Below are positions 1 through 13,105 of a stretch of DNA of 64,000 nt, piece by piece; the first letter of the stretch is position 1; the number at the start of each line of letters is the position of its first letter. This DNA is from Octopus sinensis (Eukaryota). The stretch lies in NCBI RefSeq assembly GCF_006345805.1, contig NC_042997.1, forward strand, positions 61,938,001-62,002,000, written 5' to 3'. The position numbers and the translations under genes were made by a program. Below the pieces are notes generated by a model. It had not been told where the DNA came from and searched no databases. It worked only from the letters and a program-made list of their open reading frames with translations.

Positions 1-143
1 GCTTTGTCAAGAAAGGCAGCTTAGGCAAAAATAGTAGTGGCCAGCTTAGCAGGCAAACTAGATGAATAATAGACAGTAGCATCTCTCACATACAAACACA
101 CACTACTACAACTGTACCAGCTACCTATACATTACTGCGTATA

Positions 144-145
<2 letters not shown>

Positions 146-227
<82 letters not shown>

Positions 228-240
228 CACACACACACAT
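146..240. repeat. Compound (CT)n(TA)n(CA)n microsatellite
   Basis: Direct reading. Confidence 0.95.
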
Positions 241-1193
241 ATTACTATACATATATCGTGTACATCACTCACATTACTACAGACACTACTACATGCACAA
301 TTACATATATACCACTACACACACACACACTCCATTACACCATCTATTAAAATTCTCTTATTTACGCGCGTGCTCACGCACACACACACACACACCTTAC
401 ACTGCTGTTCTACTTATGATACACACATATCATTACAAACCAGCAAGGTATCTTTTATATGGTAACCAATATGCTAGAAATACTGGTCAGATCATTCTCA
501 AATCACATTCTGGAATCTTAAAAAAAAAGAGGACACATTGAAAACTAGTTTCTGATATACAAAAAGTTAGGGTAGTCATGGCATTATAGGTTGGCTCAAT
601 CAGAGCTGACCTGGGATTCAACGACACAACTACACACATATTTGCATGACTAAACACTTTATTAATTATACATAGTGAAACACCCAAATACTCTACTATA
701 CATACATTATTACACATTCTACACACCCATGAAAGCATTATGCTAATCAAAGATGGAGGAAAGTGGATATTTATAAAGGAAAATGAAATTCAGGGCACAT
801 ATACTATTAGAGGGCTTCGTGCATGTGTGTGTATTTGTGCTCAGTATGGGATCAGTTTATTGGCTAGAATGACTGCTGCTCTGTTACAGTGCATGCTTTA
901 TCAAATCAGATGTTGAATATGAAGTATTTATCATTGCAAAGGCAAAGGCCTGTCATCATTGATACATATATAGGAATAAGACATTTGATGATGATCAACA
1001 ATCGAAACATAGTGTAGCTATGAACATGAGAAATTGTTTCATCTCTTGAAGATAAAGTGAATAGCCTGAAAAATGACGAGTATGTTAAAGCTATAACTCA
1101 TCTGAGATATTTAAATGTGGTAATTTTACTATTTAGAACTGTTGAGAAAAATTAAATGAAAGATGTTAACTTGTGAGAAATTCTGTATTTCAG

Positions 1194-1249
1194 GGACATA
1201 AAGGCTGGTAACGTGTTACTGGGAACAGATGGTTCTGTTTACATTGCAG
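1194..1249 (+). CDS. OXSR1: SPAK/OSR1-family kinase exon: (R)DIKAGNVLLGTDGSVYIA(D), catalytic loop
   Basis: tttcag|G...GCAG|gtaggg splice sites, 56 nt. Translation matches the OXSR1/STK39 subdomain VIb-VII sequence as recalled (DVKAGNILLGEDGSVQIAD). Phase joins correctly to the next exon. Confidence 0.95.
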
Positions 1250-1377
1250 GTAGGGTATCTAATTTTCTTTCATCTTTTCTACATGTCATACTTCAAGTGC
1301 TATTGTATTTATTTGTTAATTGTTTATATGTCAACAACAGTACAATTCCATCATGTCTGAAAATAGGGCTGATGTTG

Positions 1378-1590
1378 GTTTCAAATTTTGGTACAAGGCC
1401 AGCAATTTCAGAGGAGGGGTAAGTCAATTACATCATCCCTAGTGATCAACTACTACTTATTTTACTGACTCTGAAAGGACAGACGGCAATGTTGACCTTG
1501 GTGGAATTATAACCCAGAATGTAAAAAAGAGACAAAATGCTGCCAAGCATTTTGCCTGGCATACTAATGATTCTGCTAGCTAGCCTCCTT
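1378..1590 (-). mobile_element. tRNA-derived SINE (family with central ctttgcctttcatcc...aagtacc...ggggtcgat domain), copy 1 of a tandem pair
   Basis: Reverse complement resembles the + strand copies at 19183 and 32326. Confidence 0.8.
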
Positions 1591-1611
1591 AAATAAGGCT
1601 AATATTTATTA

Positions 1612-1805
1612 CAAAGTTTGGTACAAGACCAGCACTTTTACAGAGGTAGGTAAGTCGATTACATTGATCCTAGTGCTTAACGGGTACTTAGTTTACTGAC
1701 CTGGAAAAGAGGAAAAGCAAAGTTGACCTTAGAATGCAAAAGCCCAACGAAATGCCACTAAGCATTTTACTTGAAATGCTAACAATTCTGCCAGCTCTCT
1801 TCCTT
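1612..1805 (-). mobile_element. Same SINE family, copy 2 of the tandem pair
   Basis: Similar to 1378-1590 but clearly diverged from it. Confidence 0.8.
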
Positions 1806-2266
1806 AAATAAGGCTATTATTGAGAAGAGAATGATTCAAAATGAACTTTGTAATTAGTGTGTTTATGTGTCTGAAACAAAGAGTGATATTAAAATCTTAA
1901 TGCTGTAGAAGGGAAATGCTGTTAATAATCAAATATTTCTAAGTCAACAAGGCTGGCCTTCTGGATATATATAGAGATTATTTTCCTCTGTGGGGTTAAA
2001 GCCTGGACTATGAAGAAAGAGCTTTGAGTTTGCTGTGATGATACACATAACAAGCATGGGGATGGGTGGTGGTCTCAGAACATCTCATGGCAAGAGAAGA
2101 CTTGTTGACACATTCCACTCATCTCTTGTATTGTTGCTCATTGCAGAGTAGTTTTTGCTGACCATTGCTTTTGCATGTTAGATCTTGAAGACTTCCACAT
2201 CATGATTTAATAGAAGACTGTTTTTTTATTGTTTTTGTCAATCATGTCTTTTCATTTATTTTATAG

Positions 2267-2376
2267 ATTTTGGTGTTAGTGCATGGCTTGCTACTGGGAA
2301 AGATCTGTCTCGAGATTCAGTACGACATACGTTTGTTGGAACTCCGTGTTGGATGGCTCCTGAAGTAATGGAACAG
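2267..2376 (+). CDS. OXSR1: SPAK/OSR1 kinase exon: (D)[36 protein letters not shown] (DFG, activation loop with WNK-target Thr, APE)
   Basis: ttatag|AT...CAG|gtaagg, 110 nt. Completes the split Asp codon of [19 protein letters not shown] is diagnostic of SPAK/OSR1. Confidence 0.97.
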
Positions 2377-3712
2377 GTAAGGAACAAACATCTTTGTTGC
2401 TGCTGCAACATATTGAAATAACTGACCATGACAAACATCAGCATTCAGGTAATTGAGGAAATGCCTGTATAACTATACTTTCAAAATATGTAAAACTTTC
2501 CAGAAGTTTAGCATATAATTACATATGCACATATCTAGATGTGCAGCTATATGTATGAGTATACATAAAACAAAGCCTACAAACTTGCATGTGTACTTAC
2601 TCTAAAAATTTTCGCATGTACGCATGCACGTGCACACACACACATACACATGTGCAACTTCCCTGTTGATGTTATTGGAAATTTTAAGGAAAACCTTAGG
2701 GTTTGGGTTAGAAACCAACCCTCTCTCTGTTCTAGAAATAGACTAAATATTAACCTACCTACCATCATCATTTTTCCATGCTGGCACAGGTTACGTTGAA
2801 TTTGTTGCGGCAGATTTGTAAGTACAGTGTTATCATTCCCGTAGTCCTTATGTTTTGAAATTGCCAAATCTGATAAAAACGCAAGAGTTTTGTTTACTGG
2901 AAAATGTAAACATCATTGTTTTTTGCTCAGGTAGTGTTAAGAAGACTCATGGAATCAATATACAGACATATATATATATATGTATGCACGCACACACACA
3001 CACACAATGGGCTTCTTCACAGTTTTGATCCACCAGTTTTAATCACAATGTATTGGTCAACTGCAAAATGAACTTCATAACCGCACAGCTGGGTGGATGT
3101 ATGTGTATGTTTGCTCTGCTTGTAGATTGATTTGTTGAGCTCTTTTAAATTTCATACTAGTAGACAATAAAACAATTCCACATGTCTTATACAAGAGAAC
3201 TCAATGAATCAGTACACATGCCAAGGTCATTCCTCCCACCATATTAACCTTAGTACTTATTTCAGCCTGTTACTTGATACACTATGAAACCTAAGCATTA
3301 AATGCAGAGATGTATGAAGGCTGGAAAAATAAATGAGGTAACCTTCCTCTGCTACATATGTAATGCTAGTGTGAATGAGTGATGGAGTGCATATGAGCTA
3401 AGAGAAAACCTGTAAGAAACCATGTATGTTGAATCAGATGCAGTATGCATGTAAAAGCTATGCATAGGGAGGATATCAAATAGAAATGGGATAAGCAATG
3501 CATGGAAAAGGAACTTGCAGAAGAGGGCAAAGGAATATATAAGAAGAGGTGATGGCTGATTTTGAAAGGTAGAACCTCATGAAGATGATGAAGTGCCAAT
3601 ATGCTGTGCTTGAAAAAACCCATTTATCCCATGCAAGCATGGAAAAAAAGCAGATGTAAAATGATAATAATGATGATGATGTGATATTAACTTGGTCTAA
3701 TTTCATTCAAAG

Positions 3713-3814
3713 GTAACTGGATATGATTTCAAAGCTGACATTTGGAGTTTTGGCATAACAGCAATAGAACTGGCCACTGGTACGGCACCTTACCACAAGT
3801 TTCCTCCTATGAAG
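3713..3814 (+). CDS. OXSR1: SPAK/OSR1 kinase exon: [34 protein letters not shown]
   Basis: tcaaag|GTA...AAG|gtaagt, 102 nt, phase 0-0. Near-identical to the recalled OXSR1 sequence. Confidence 0.97.
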
Positions 3815-4125
3815 GTAAGTTGTGAAACAAGAACTCTACTCATTATAATCATTTATTAGCAATGATTGGGAAAACAGGATTATTTTGTTGCTGAAATGTT
3901 CTCTTTGTGAACAAACTGATATGGTTTGTTGTAAAATATAGCAGATATTTTCTGTACCATAGTAATATATTTTGCAGATAATGTCTATACCCCATATTTA
4001 AATAGATCCATATTGATACCCCATATTTAAATAGATCCACATTGCAATGTTCTTTCAACAGTTTTCATGGCTTAGTGTTTACCAGAGTTCAGGAAAATAA
4101 GATCACTCAAAGATTCCAGGGTTAA

Positions 4126-5201
4126 CCCTTTCGTTACCAAACCGCCCAAAGCCGCCCAAAAAAATTTTTGGTTAATGTGACCAAACCGCCCAAACCCGCC
4201 CGTATTTACCTATTCATATTTAAATGAGAATATCAGAGCAAATCTCTTTAGTACATTTGTGAAAACATGTGATTATACTTCGTAAACAGTTCATCTACAA
4301 TGATCGAAGTGTAATTTTAATTCCGTGAATTTTGGGAGATTTTTTCCCAAAATTTGTTCCTATTGTGTTTTCAAAATTTGTAATTCTGACAAAAAATGGA
4401 TATGAATTTCATTATATCAAGCAGCGAGTCAGAATTCGAAGGCTTTTCTACTGAAGACCTTGATAAATCTAACGCTATGACTGAAAAAAAAAGCACGGGG
4501 TATTTGATAATGAATCCGATGTTTCATTTTCCGAAAGTGAAAACAGTGAATCCGAGAGCTCCGACAGCGATAAAGAAAATGAATTGGCACCTGAATGGAG
4601 TGAAAATTTAAAAACTGTTTCTTTCGGTGATTTTTCTGAAGAAACTGGACCAAGCCAGTCTTTCCCAGGAGAGTAAAGCCTTAGACTATTTCTATTTACT
4701 TTTTCGAATGAGCCTATTTGAAATCATTACGGCAGAAACGAACCGTTACGCTAAATGTAAACAAAGCGAAAGAAAGGATAATTTGTGGTTTCCCACAACC
4801 TTAAATGAAATTAAGGCTTATTTTGCCATAAATATTATTATGGGTATCAGAAAGTTACCCAGAATAACAAATTCTATAGTAAAATTTTGTTGTATACCCA
4901 ATTGAATATTAGCTAATAACCCATTTTCTATAGCGATGTTTAAACAAAAATTTTAATAATTTTATATTTTGTTGAATTTACCTGTATCTACCTACAATTA
5001 GAGTCACTTTGTGACAAAAATTATAGTATAGAATTGGTTGAGAACATTTCATTAAATTATCTTCCAAAATTCACGTTAATATATTGATAAATAAAAAAGT
5101 TATAGTTGTTTAATGAAACCAGACTAAATTTATGATTATGTTAGAAATTAATTGAAACACATAAGGGGTGTATTTTGGTCAGAAATATAGTAAAAAAAGG
5201 G
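4126..5201 (+). mobile_element. Internally deleted piggyBac (PGBD4-like) transposon
   Basis: TTAA at 4122-4125 and 5202-5205. Ends CCCTTT.../...AAAGGG. Subterminal aaccgcccaaa repeats. Frameshifted transposase N-terminus (acidic SSESEFEGF; ETNRYA...W.PTTLNEIKAYF...MGIRKLP). No DDD catalytic region. Confidence 0.88.
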
Positions 5202-5369
5202 TTAAAGGAGATTTTAAAAATTGCAAAGGGACACCTAAATCATTCCTTAGAGTGTCATGAACTAATGGGCAGAAACTCTTGCTTGGTAATTCTTCCTCTC
5301 AAGATTTATCTTTGCAGTCCACTTGCTGCAGAGTGAATTTCTGTTGTCTCTAGCAATATATTATAGACA

Positions 5370-5553
5370 TTGCCTCTTATTTATTCACATTGTTTTGAAT
5401 TAAACATGCAATATCTTGTGGCTTCAAGATTTCAGTAATGTGATTATTTTTAGAATAACAGTATAGGTTAAGTGTGAAAGGCTGGATCTGACTAGATTGA
5501 ACATAAAGAAGTAGAATATTCGAGCCAATATGGCTGGTTTAACTGTGAAAGGA
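5370..5553. mobile_element. Decayed TTAA-type MITE (same family as 14453-14674, opposite orientation)
   Basis: Shares the tttattcacattgttttgaattaa / ggatctg / ctggttta core and ends in gaaagga+TTAA. The left end is eroded. Confidence 0.6.
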
Positions 5554-5774
5554 TTAATATGAGCATCAGCATGCACGTTGACTGATGAATGCACTGTATA
5601 TCATCTTAACTCCCCCTCAAGATACAACCAATATGTTATTTGAAGTCGTTATCCGTTAATAACATGGTTTATAGTTAAAATTTACATCTAGTATCTATTA
5701 TAAGTGCTGTTAGGAGTTGTGGACTTAAAAGTGTAAATTTACACTTCAGTTTTTAAGAAGGTGCATTGTTTTTA

Positions 5775-6726
5775 TAAGGGAGGGCAGGTAAGCAAGGCCA
5801 TGCCATTTTTGGTCAAAAACTGGTGGTGTGCGCAGGCACATTTTCATGATGAAACCACCACTCTCCACTTTGCCACAGGTTGGGGCGTTTTCATCCCACC
5901 ATGTCTTGCAAATGCTTCGGAACTGGCAATTAAAATGTCTGGTTAACAGTTTCACCAGGAGGAACAAATTGTGTATGAACAATTCATTTTCCATCAATGA
6001 AGCAAATCAACATCATCTTGACATTGGACTTCACATGACATATGCTTCTTTGGGGTGTGGTGACATTGATTACTGCTTCATTTCTGATCTATAGCTGTAG
6101 CACCAGCTTTCGTCACCGGTAATGTTTTTCAGAAAAAGATTTGGATCAGCTTCCAACTGTTCATGCAGTTGATGTCACGTTTAGTTGTGATTGCTTTTGA
6201 TCTTCTGTGAGCAAGCGAGGCACAAATTTTGCTGCAACTCACTCAAAATTCATTGGCTGGAGCTCCTGAACACACCAGTCATATCAACAAGTTTGTCAAT
6301 TGTTTGGCGACGATCCTCCAAGATCAGTTCATGAATTTTTGTGACGTTTTCATTTGTTCTGGAAGTCGATGGTTGTGCTGAATGAGATTGGTCTTCAAGC
6401 GATATGTGACCATTCCTGAAGTGTGGAAACCACTTTTAAACTTGTGTTTTGCTCATGGCAGCATCCTTGTAAGCTATTTGAGGCATGATATCTGTTTTGG
6501 CTGCTGTTTTCCCCAGCAGAAAACAGAATTTCATGGAAGCATGTTGTTCCTTCATTTCAGCCATTGCAAAAATTGATGAACAGGGAAGAAGCATTGCAAA
6601 ACAAAGTTGCCAGTTGGCAGACTGATGCCTGAGGGTTGCATCAAGTGGCTTCTAGTGGCAGAAGCCTGAACTACAACAGGTTCGTCCCACAGAGAACGTT
6701 TCCTGTTAATTTTGACTATCTTCTCA
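5775..6726 (-). mobile_element. Defective mariner transposon (DD34D type), 3'-truncated
   Basis: Minus strand from ATG at 6564: MAEMKEQHASMKFCFLLGK...EDQSHSAQPSTS...EDRRQTI, then KFVPRLL, GDESW and HD.NAP-like motifs, with stops and frameshifts. TIR-like end followed by TA at 6727. Confidence 0.85.
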
Positions 6727-6952
6727 TATAATTCATATGATAACTATAAAGTTATTGCTACTCTACAAAAGATGGTCAGTGATTAAATATTTTCTCTGAG
6801 ACATTATCGACTGATAACAAAAGAAATCTTAATTTGATTTCTTTTAAATAGTGTCACACTGTTTAGCAGTACCATAGTGGGAATGGTTGGGTGATTGAAA
6901 TGAATAATAGAGAAAAAGCTGTATCCACTTTTGTTCATTGTGTTTTTTGCAG

Positions 6953-7086
6953 GTTTTAATGCTGACATTACAGAATGACTCACCAACATTAGACACTGGT
7001 GCACAAGATAAAGACCAATATAAGAATTATAGCAAAGTTTTCCGAAAAATGATAAATGATTGTTTAAGGAAAGATCCTGAAAAGAG
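6953..7086 (+). CDS. OXSR1: SPAK/OSR1 kinase exon: [44 protein letters not shown](R)
   Basis: ttgcag|GTT...AG|gtactt, 134 nt. Matches the VLMLTLQND...CL.KDPEKR pattern. Confidence 0.96.
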
Positions 7087-9225
7087 GTACTTTTTCCTGA
7101 CTATTTTAACATCTGTATTTTCAGATTGCATTTCTTTATTTTTGATATAGGATTTTTTTTGTTTTCACTTATTTCACCATTTTCTGTCCAATGTTACCTG
7201 AGCACAAATGTTGAATGCCATTTTCGTTTTAACTTTGTTCTTTATTCTTCTCTGTCTGGTGTCAAATTAATAGTAATGTTCAGTTGCTTCTGTTCATAGC
7301 TGGCATTATTCATTGTTTATGTTATTATATTTTAGGAGAAGATATCATCCAGCTAATGACTGAATACCTTTTTATGCCGTTATTGTAGTGGACTGAATTA
7401 ATTTGAACATTCATATATGACAAACTTCTCAACATCAATCAGAATGATGACTGCTTGGCTGAAATTTTTGCAGGAAAAAACAAAACAAAAAACTAATCTA
7501 TTCATAGCATAGATATAAATGTAGTTGATTTGGGCTCAGTGTTCAGATACCACCTATCATTAGCATAGTGCAGTAAATACAAACACAATATACATGCAGG
7601 ACAGGGTTTGCATGTGACCCCAGAAGTTTGGTTTGAGCAGTTCTCCACACATAACCAATCAATTTTGAGCTCAGTATTTGTTAGCAGTTTTATTATTTAA
7701 AAAGTCTAGTGATCAGCAATCCTGTCATTTACTAGTGTCCTCCTTGTTCAAAATTTAGTCTATACTTTAATAACCTAAAAGTTCCTTAGAGCCAGGCAAT
7801 TTCTTTGTGTATGGAGTTTCTGGGTTTGCTTTGATCAGGGTGGTCAGACTTGCTTAATGTAAGAACCACATCCAATAAGGCTCAGATGTTTGAAGGCCAC
7901 AAAACATGAACAAAATTTACACTGTTTATGTTTGATTCTGTGTCTGTTTATATCTTGCTACTTAGATCAATAAAATAAGTCCTGAGAATGTCATGATTGA
8001 CTAAATACCTTCTAGGTGGTGCCCTAACATAACCACAGTCGAATGACTGAAACCAGTGAAATAAAAGGATAGATTTTAATTGTTACACACATTTTCTTTG
8101 TGTGCAATAATATTTATTTGTGAATGCAGTTTTTTAAATTCATGCACCAAAAGTTTTTGTGTATTTCATACCATAATGAACTACAGAAACATCGAAGAAA
8201 ATTGTGCAAATTTCCATTTCAGCAACATAAAAATTAGGCTGCCAAAAATACAAATGAAAAGGTGGATGTAGGAGTGGGTGGATTCATGATAGTTATATAT
8301 CTTAGTAAATATCTTCTGTGAATAAATATTTCCCTTTGTGTTTTGATCAAAGTTGGTGGAAATATGTAAAAAGCAAACCAATAAAATTAGAGATATTTAA
8401 ATCAGATCCTTCCTTACAAAGTTAATCTTATCATTATATTTTTATTACAAACAGACAATGCAAAACATACCTGGCTATTAAAGCTGCTATTTACTTCAAG
8501 TAGAGGTGGGTTTCCATCTTGGCTGTAAGTTGTCAAAAATCAGACTGATTTGTCATCAAAACTATGAATTAGCTCTGTCAGGTGATGGTTTGTAAGGTTT
8601 GCATGTTGCTTCCATTTCACAAACTTTATTACAGAGGACAGTAATTCACAGCAGTATGTTATGCTGAAAATTGTGATAAGCTACATGCTAGTTTTCTTCA
8701 GTTCAGAATATTTTCTTTCTAGAACTTGTTTCCTGAACTCAGTTGTAGACTGGGATTTATGAGTTATCTTTAGACCCAGGTCCTCCTGTAGTTCCTTTAA
8801 TTCCATTTCCATAGCAGATGATTCCATAACTAGAGGTTTGAGAATTGGACATTTGTCAGTGGGAACATCAACCATGAATAGATTTACAAAAGATGAAGTA
8901 GGGCTGCTTCTCCAGTAAGTCATCAAACCTGGATAGGAAATTATCAAGTAGTCCTTCTAATTTATGTTTGTGTTATTCCAGTTAGTGGTCTTTTATGTCA
9001 GTATCAGGAATGTATTTTTCCCTCCTGAGATTGAGAAAGTGAAATTTCCTGATATATCTTTTTGAAAAGTTTTTGTTTTACTTTGAAAACTGAATCTGAT
9101 TAGAAATAATCATATCCATTGCCCAGAGTGCCATATTGAAAGTTTGTAGATGATTCATTATATCAGTAAAGAACATCATATCTTGCATATTCATTCATAA
9201 TTTTCTAGTTGAGGATACTCTTTAC

Positions 9226-9433
9226 TCTCTTTACTCTTTTACTTGTTTCAGTCATTTGACTGTGGCCATGCTGGAGCACCGCCTTTAATCAAACAACTCG
9301 ACCCCGGGACTTATTCTTTTGTAAGCCCAGTACTTATTCTATTGGTCTCTTTTGCTGAACCGCTAGGTAACGGGGACATAAACACACCAGCATCGGTTGT
9401 CAAGCAATGCTAAGGGGACAAACACACACACGC

Positions 9434-9483
<50 letters not shown>

Positions 9484-9649
9484 CGACGGACTTCTTTCAG
9501 TTTCCGTCTACCAAATCCACTCACAAGGCTTTGGTCGGCCCGAGGCTATAGTAGAAAACACTTGCCCAAGGTTCCACGCAGTGGGACTGAATCATGAACC
9601 ATGTGGTTGGTAAACAAGCTACTTACCACACAGCCACCCCTGCACCTAT
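9226..9649 (-). mobile_element. Composite tRNA-derived SINE with internal (CA)(TA) microsatellite
   Basis: Head ggtggctgtgtggtaagtagc...gattcagtcccactgcg (A/B-box like). Body gccttgtgagtggatttggtagacggaaactgaaagaa. Tail ggcggtgctccagcatggccacag...ctgaaacaag. Confidence 0.88.
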
Positions 9650-10844
9650 AGGAACTTTTCTTTAAGAAAAGTAATAACAGGTTCCATGAGATCCACTAAC
9701 CTACTCAAGACATCGCTGATTCCCACCCACATCACAATGCAACAGAAAAGAGACATCACTCAGGTATATCTTCAACCTCCGGTTCTTCAATAAAATATGA
9801 GGAAACTAGAAAATAGAAAAAGTGAAGATGCCAAATTACCAACTACATCGATCTTAATTCAAATTTTAGAATGGTCATTATGGAGGCATTTCAAGCAAGG
9901 GACACAACTTCGTTTACTCTAGTTTGGTCGATAAAAGCAGGTAGTAAGAACAGTTGCTTCTTATGTGACAGTTATTTGCATAGCTGTAGTAGAAACTGTT
10001 GTTTCATAAAAAAAAAAAAATCCATTTCAAACTTTGGGTTGATAGTTGGAATCATGTAAAACAATAAAAAAAAAATAGAGAACAGCAAAAGAATAAATAG
10101 TTTAAGAGAACTGCGTTTTCTTCTTTATGATGATGATTGAAAGTCTTCAGTAAGCGAAACAATAAATTCACACTCTGTTTCCTGTTATATTGCTAATTTC
10201 AGTCATTTTGCTAATTATTTTTGAGATTCTTATTTCTTAATCTCAGAAAATTTTAGGCTTTACACCTGCCTGGAAACAATAATGAAACAGTGTGTCATCT
10301 TAGAAAGACTATATCTGAATGAAGTATGTTAAGCTGGGCAAGCTTACATAGCTGGAGCTATGTTAATTCCTGCTGGATTAAGTTAGACCTCCCCACTTTA
10401 GATAAACTCGTATTTAACCTGCTCCAACATGATTGAAAGTTTAAGCTATCACTCAAGTTCATCTTCAAGTTAGTTTTACATTATATGCTATTCACTCATT
10501 TCTTAATTCATTTAATACTTATTTCATGATCCTAGATGGGGCTTAAATTAAAGAAGCTGAAGACAAGTATCAATTCTGACAATCTTTTGTCTGTATCAGT
10601 TCATACTGTTTAATAAATCATTGCTTCACACAATTTTGAATAATCAGCCATAGTTACAAGGTGAACTTTCGGATTGAACAGTATTTCCAACACAATGTTT
10701 GAAAAATATCTAATTGGTTTGGTAGATTCCTGGTTTATTTTAGAAACAAAAGCATTCTCAATAAACCTTGTGACATTTTGCTGTTTTACAGAATTTAAGA
10801 AAAAGAATCCTTCCTTCTTTCCTTTCCTTCTTGGGCCACAAAAC

Positions 10845-11264
10845 CCTTCTTGTGAAGACCTGTTGAGGCAAGTGAAAATCAAAATCAAAAAATGACAAAA
10901 ATCAAAATCGATCAACGTGAATGGAAATTGTCGCTGTGATTCAGTGCTGGTGGCACATAAGAGAACCATCCAAACGTGGCCGTTGCCAGTGCCGCCCTAA
11001 CTGGCTTCCATGCCTGTGGCACGTAAAAAGCACCATCCGACTGTGGCCGTTTGCCAGACTTGTCTGGCACCTGTGCAGGTGGCACGTAAAAAGCACCCAC
11101 TACACTCATGGAGTGGTTGGCGTTAGGAAGGGCATCCAGCCGTAGAAACATTGCCAGATCAGACTGGGCCTGGTGCAGCCTTCTGGCTTCCCAGATCCCA
11201 GTTGCACCGTCCAACCCATGCCAGCATGGAAAGCGGACGCTAAACGATGATGATGATGATGATG
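10845..11264 (+). mobile_element. 5'-truncated RTE LINE 3'-UTR copy with (GAT)n tail
   Basis: Homologous to the reverse complement of 58932-59480 (gaagacctgttgaggcaagtg; ggagtggttggcgttaggaagggcatccag; catggaaagcggacg). Confidence 0.88.
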
Positions 11265-11365
11265 AAATCTTGCACTCTTATGTTCTGGAAACCTATTGCT
11301 TTTTGTAATTTGTAATGTATTGGTGCCTTGTTTTAATAATGATCACCTTTCTTTGTCATTTACAG

Positions 11366-11414
11366 GCCAACTGCTAAACAACTTTTGAAACATGAATTCT
11401 TCAAAAAGGCAAAG
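11366..11414 (+). CDS. OXSR1: SPAK/OSR1 kinase exon: (R)PTAKQLLKHEFFKKAK, end of kinase domain
   Basis: ttacag|G...AAG|gtataa, 49 nt. Phase 2 acceptor fits the previous exon. Confidence 0.94.
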
Positions 11415-12212
11415 GTATAAAATAAATTTTCTATTATTTTTTCCCCTTTATTTTCTTTCTGTGTTATTTGTAACCAATATCTTTTCTAATCATATCCATA
11501 AGTTTGTTTCTTAGCTAGCTAATAAGTAAATTCCATGCATTATTTGTGTCTCTGTTGCACATGCACAACAATAAAAATGTGTTTGCGAGGCTACATACAT
11601 TGAAGATCACTCATACATTGGACAAGGTATATCCCTTACCAAAAGATAAATGTTAGATAGAATATAAAATGAAGTATTATAAATTAATAAATTAGGATTA
11701 TGTTAATGAACCAAACAGCTGATTAAGCATGTACAAATACTAACATGCTGCACATGCACACACAAATGAATATAAAAAAAATTATGCTGATAAAAAGAGC
11801 TAGCTTTTAATTATCTTGTGAACAGTGGACATATTTTGAAGTGTAAGATTGTACCATTTGCTTTAGTTTCTATTGTGTGTGAATTAAAATTAGTTGTTTC
11901 TCTTTTTTTAAATTCAGTTGAAGACGACTATATTATCCTCCTCTTAGAGGTTATCTGATCATAGACTTAGGCTAATTGGTATTCAAGTTTTATTTTATTT
12001 TCAGTTTGCTATTTTGATAAATTTTTAGAAAAAATGTTTTTAAAAAATGTATTGCTTACTGTAGAATAAAATAGCTTGTTCATGAAAGATTTTATCCTGT
12101 ACACTGAGTCTTATTCTCAGGTTCTTTGATAGGCACTTGACAGCCATATCTTTTCAGCAGGTTGTTTACTTTTAGCTTCGATCATTCTATTTAACTAGAT
12201 TTATAATAGTTA

Positions 12213-12425
12213 TTTATAAGCCATTTAAGAAATACACAAAAACTGTTAGATTCACTTCAACATTTATATTTAATTTGCCAAAATATTTTCGTCGCTTTGA
12301 GACTACAACCTGTTCACTGACAAAATTCCGTGCAGCATGGAATTTTGTCAGTGAACAGGTTGTAAATTAAATTTAAATGTTGAAGTGAATCTAATGGTTT
12401 TTGTGTTTCTTAAATGGCTTATAAA
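12213..12425. repeat. Long inverted repeat (about 213-bp hairpin)
   Basis: 12304-12329 is the exact reverse complement of 12339-12364. 12246-12276 pairs with 12364-12394 with 1 mismatch. Outer arms 12213-12245 and 12395-12425 also pair. Confidence 0.9.
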
Positions 12426-12844
12426 CACCTTCCACGCTGTAATTGTTTTTGTTCCAGCACACAATCTCAGATCAGGTCACTTGCTATGCAAGTACCTCTC
12501 TGTAGTAGTTATCTTCTCTTATTAATAAGTTGTCTGCTCTTTGACATAACAGTATTGAACTAAATTTTTAGCAGTGAACTGCTATTTCATTTTCTCTTTA
12601 GAAATTTTAGCCTTTACACTCATCACCTGAAGGTAATGATGAGGAAACTACTCCCGTATATCCTTTCAAAGTCACCATTATTCTGAAAAGGAATATTATA
12701 TTAGACTGGTACATGTGGCTGTTCATAGTTGAGATGCTAGCCCCATAAGCATAAGATCATTTTGTATTGACTAAAATGGGTGGAGTAACTATGTAAAAGT
12801 AATTGTTCTAATAATTCTAGATCCACCAGATTTTCTTTTATACC

Positions 12845-13105
12845 TTTTTACTTGTTTTAGTCATTGGACTGTGACCATGCTGGGGCACTTTCTTAAAGGG
12901 TTTAGTTAAACAAATTAACCCCAATACTTGTTTTTTAAAGCCTGATGTGCGCACACACGCAACCAACTTTTTCCAGTTTCTGTCTACTGTGAAACCTTGT
13001 GAGTGGATCTGATAATAGAAGACACTTGTCTCGGGTGTCACACAGTGGGACTGAACCTTGGACCATATAACTAGGAAGTAAGCTTCTTACTATACAGCCA
13101 TGCCT
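12845..13105 (-). mobile_element. Degenerate composite tRNA-derived SINE (family of 9226-9649)
   Basis: Shares cttgttttagtcatt..actgtg.ccatgctgg, cagtttctgtctac, ccttgtgagtggat, cagtgggactgaacc. Confidence 0.75.

Noticed and set aside
3987-4044. 29-bp direct tandem duplication
   Set aside because: An ordinary local slippage duplication with no further structure.
8681-8960. Minus-strand ORF with a faint Ty3/gypsy RT-like stretch (DNFLSRFDDLLEK in an adjacent frame)
   Set aside because: Too short and degenerate, with no LTR, PBS or other motifs to support it.
9560-9649. tRNA-like sequences here and at 19183, 32326, 33465 and 49861 as tRNA genes
   Set aside because: They are SINE heads with A/B boxes attached to SINE bodies or decayed. 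None folds into a complete cloverleaf.
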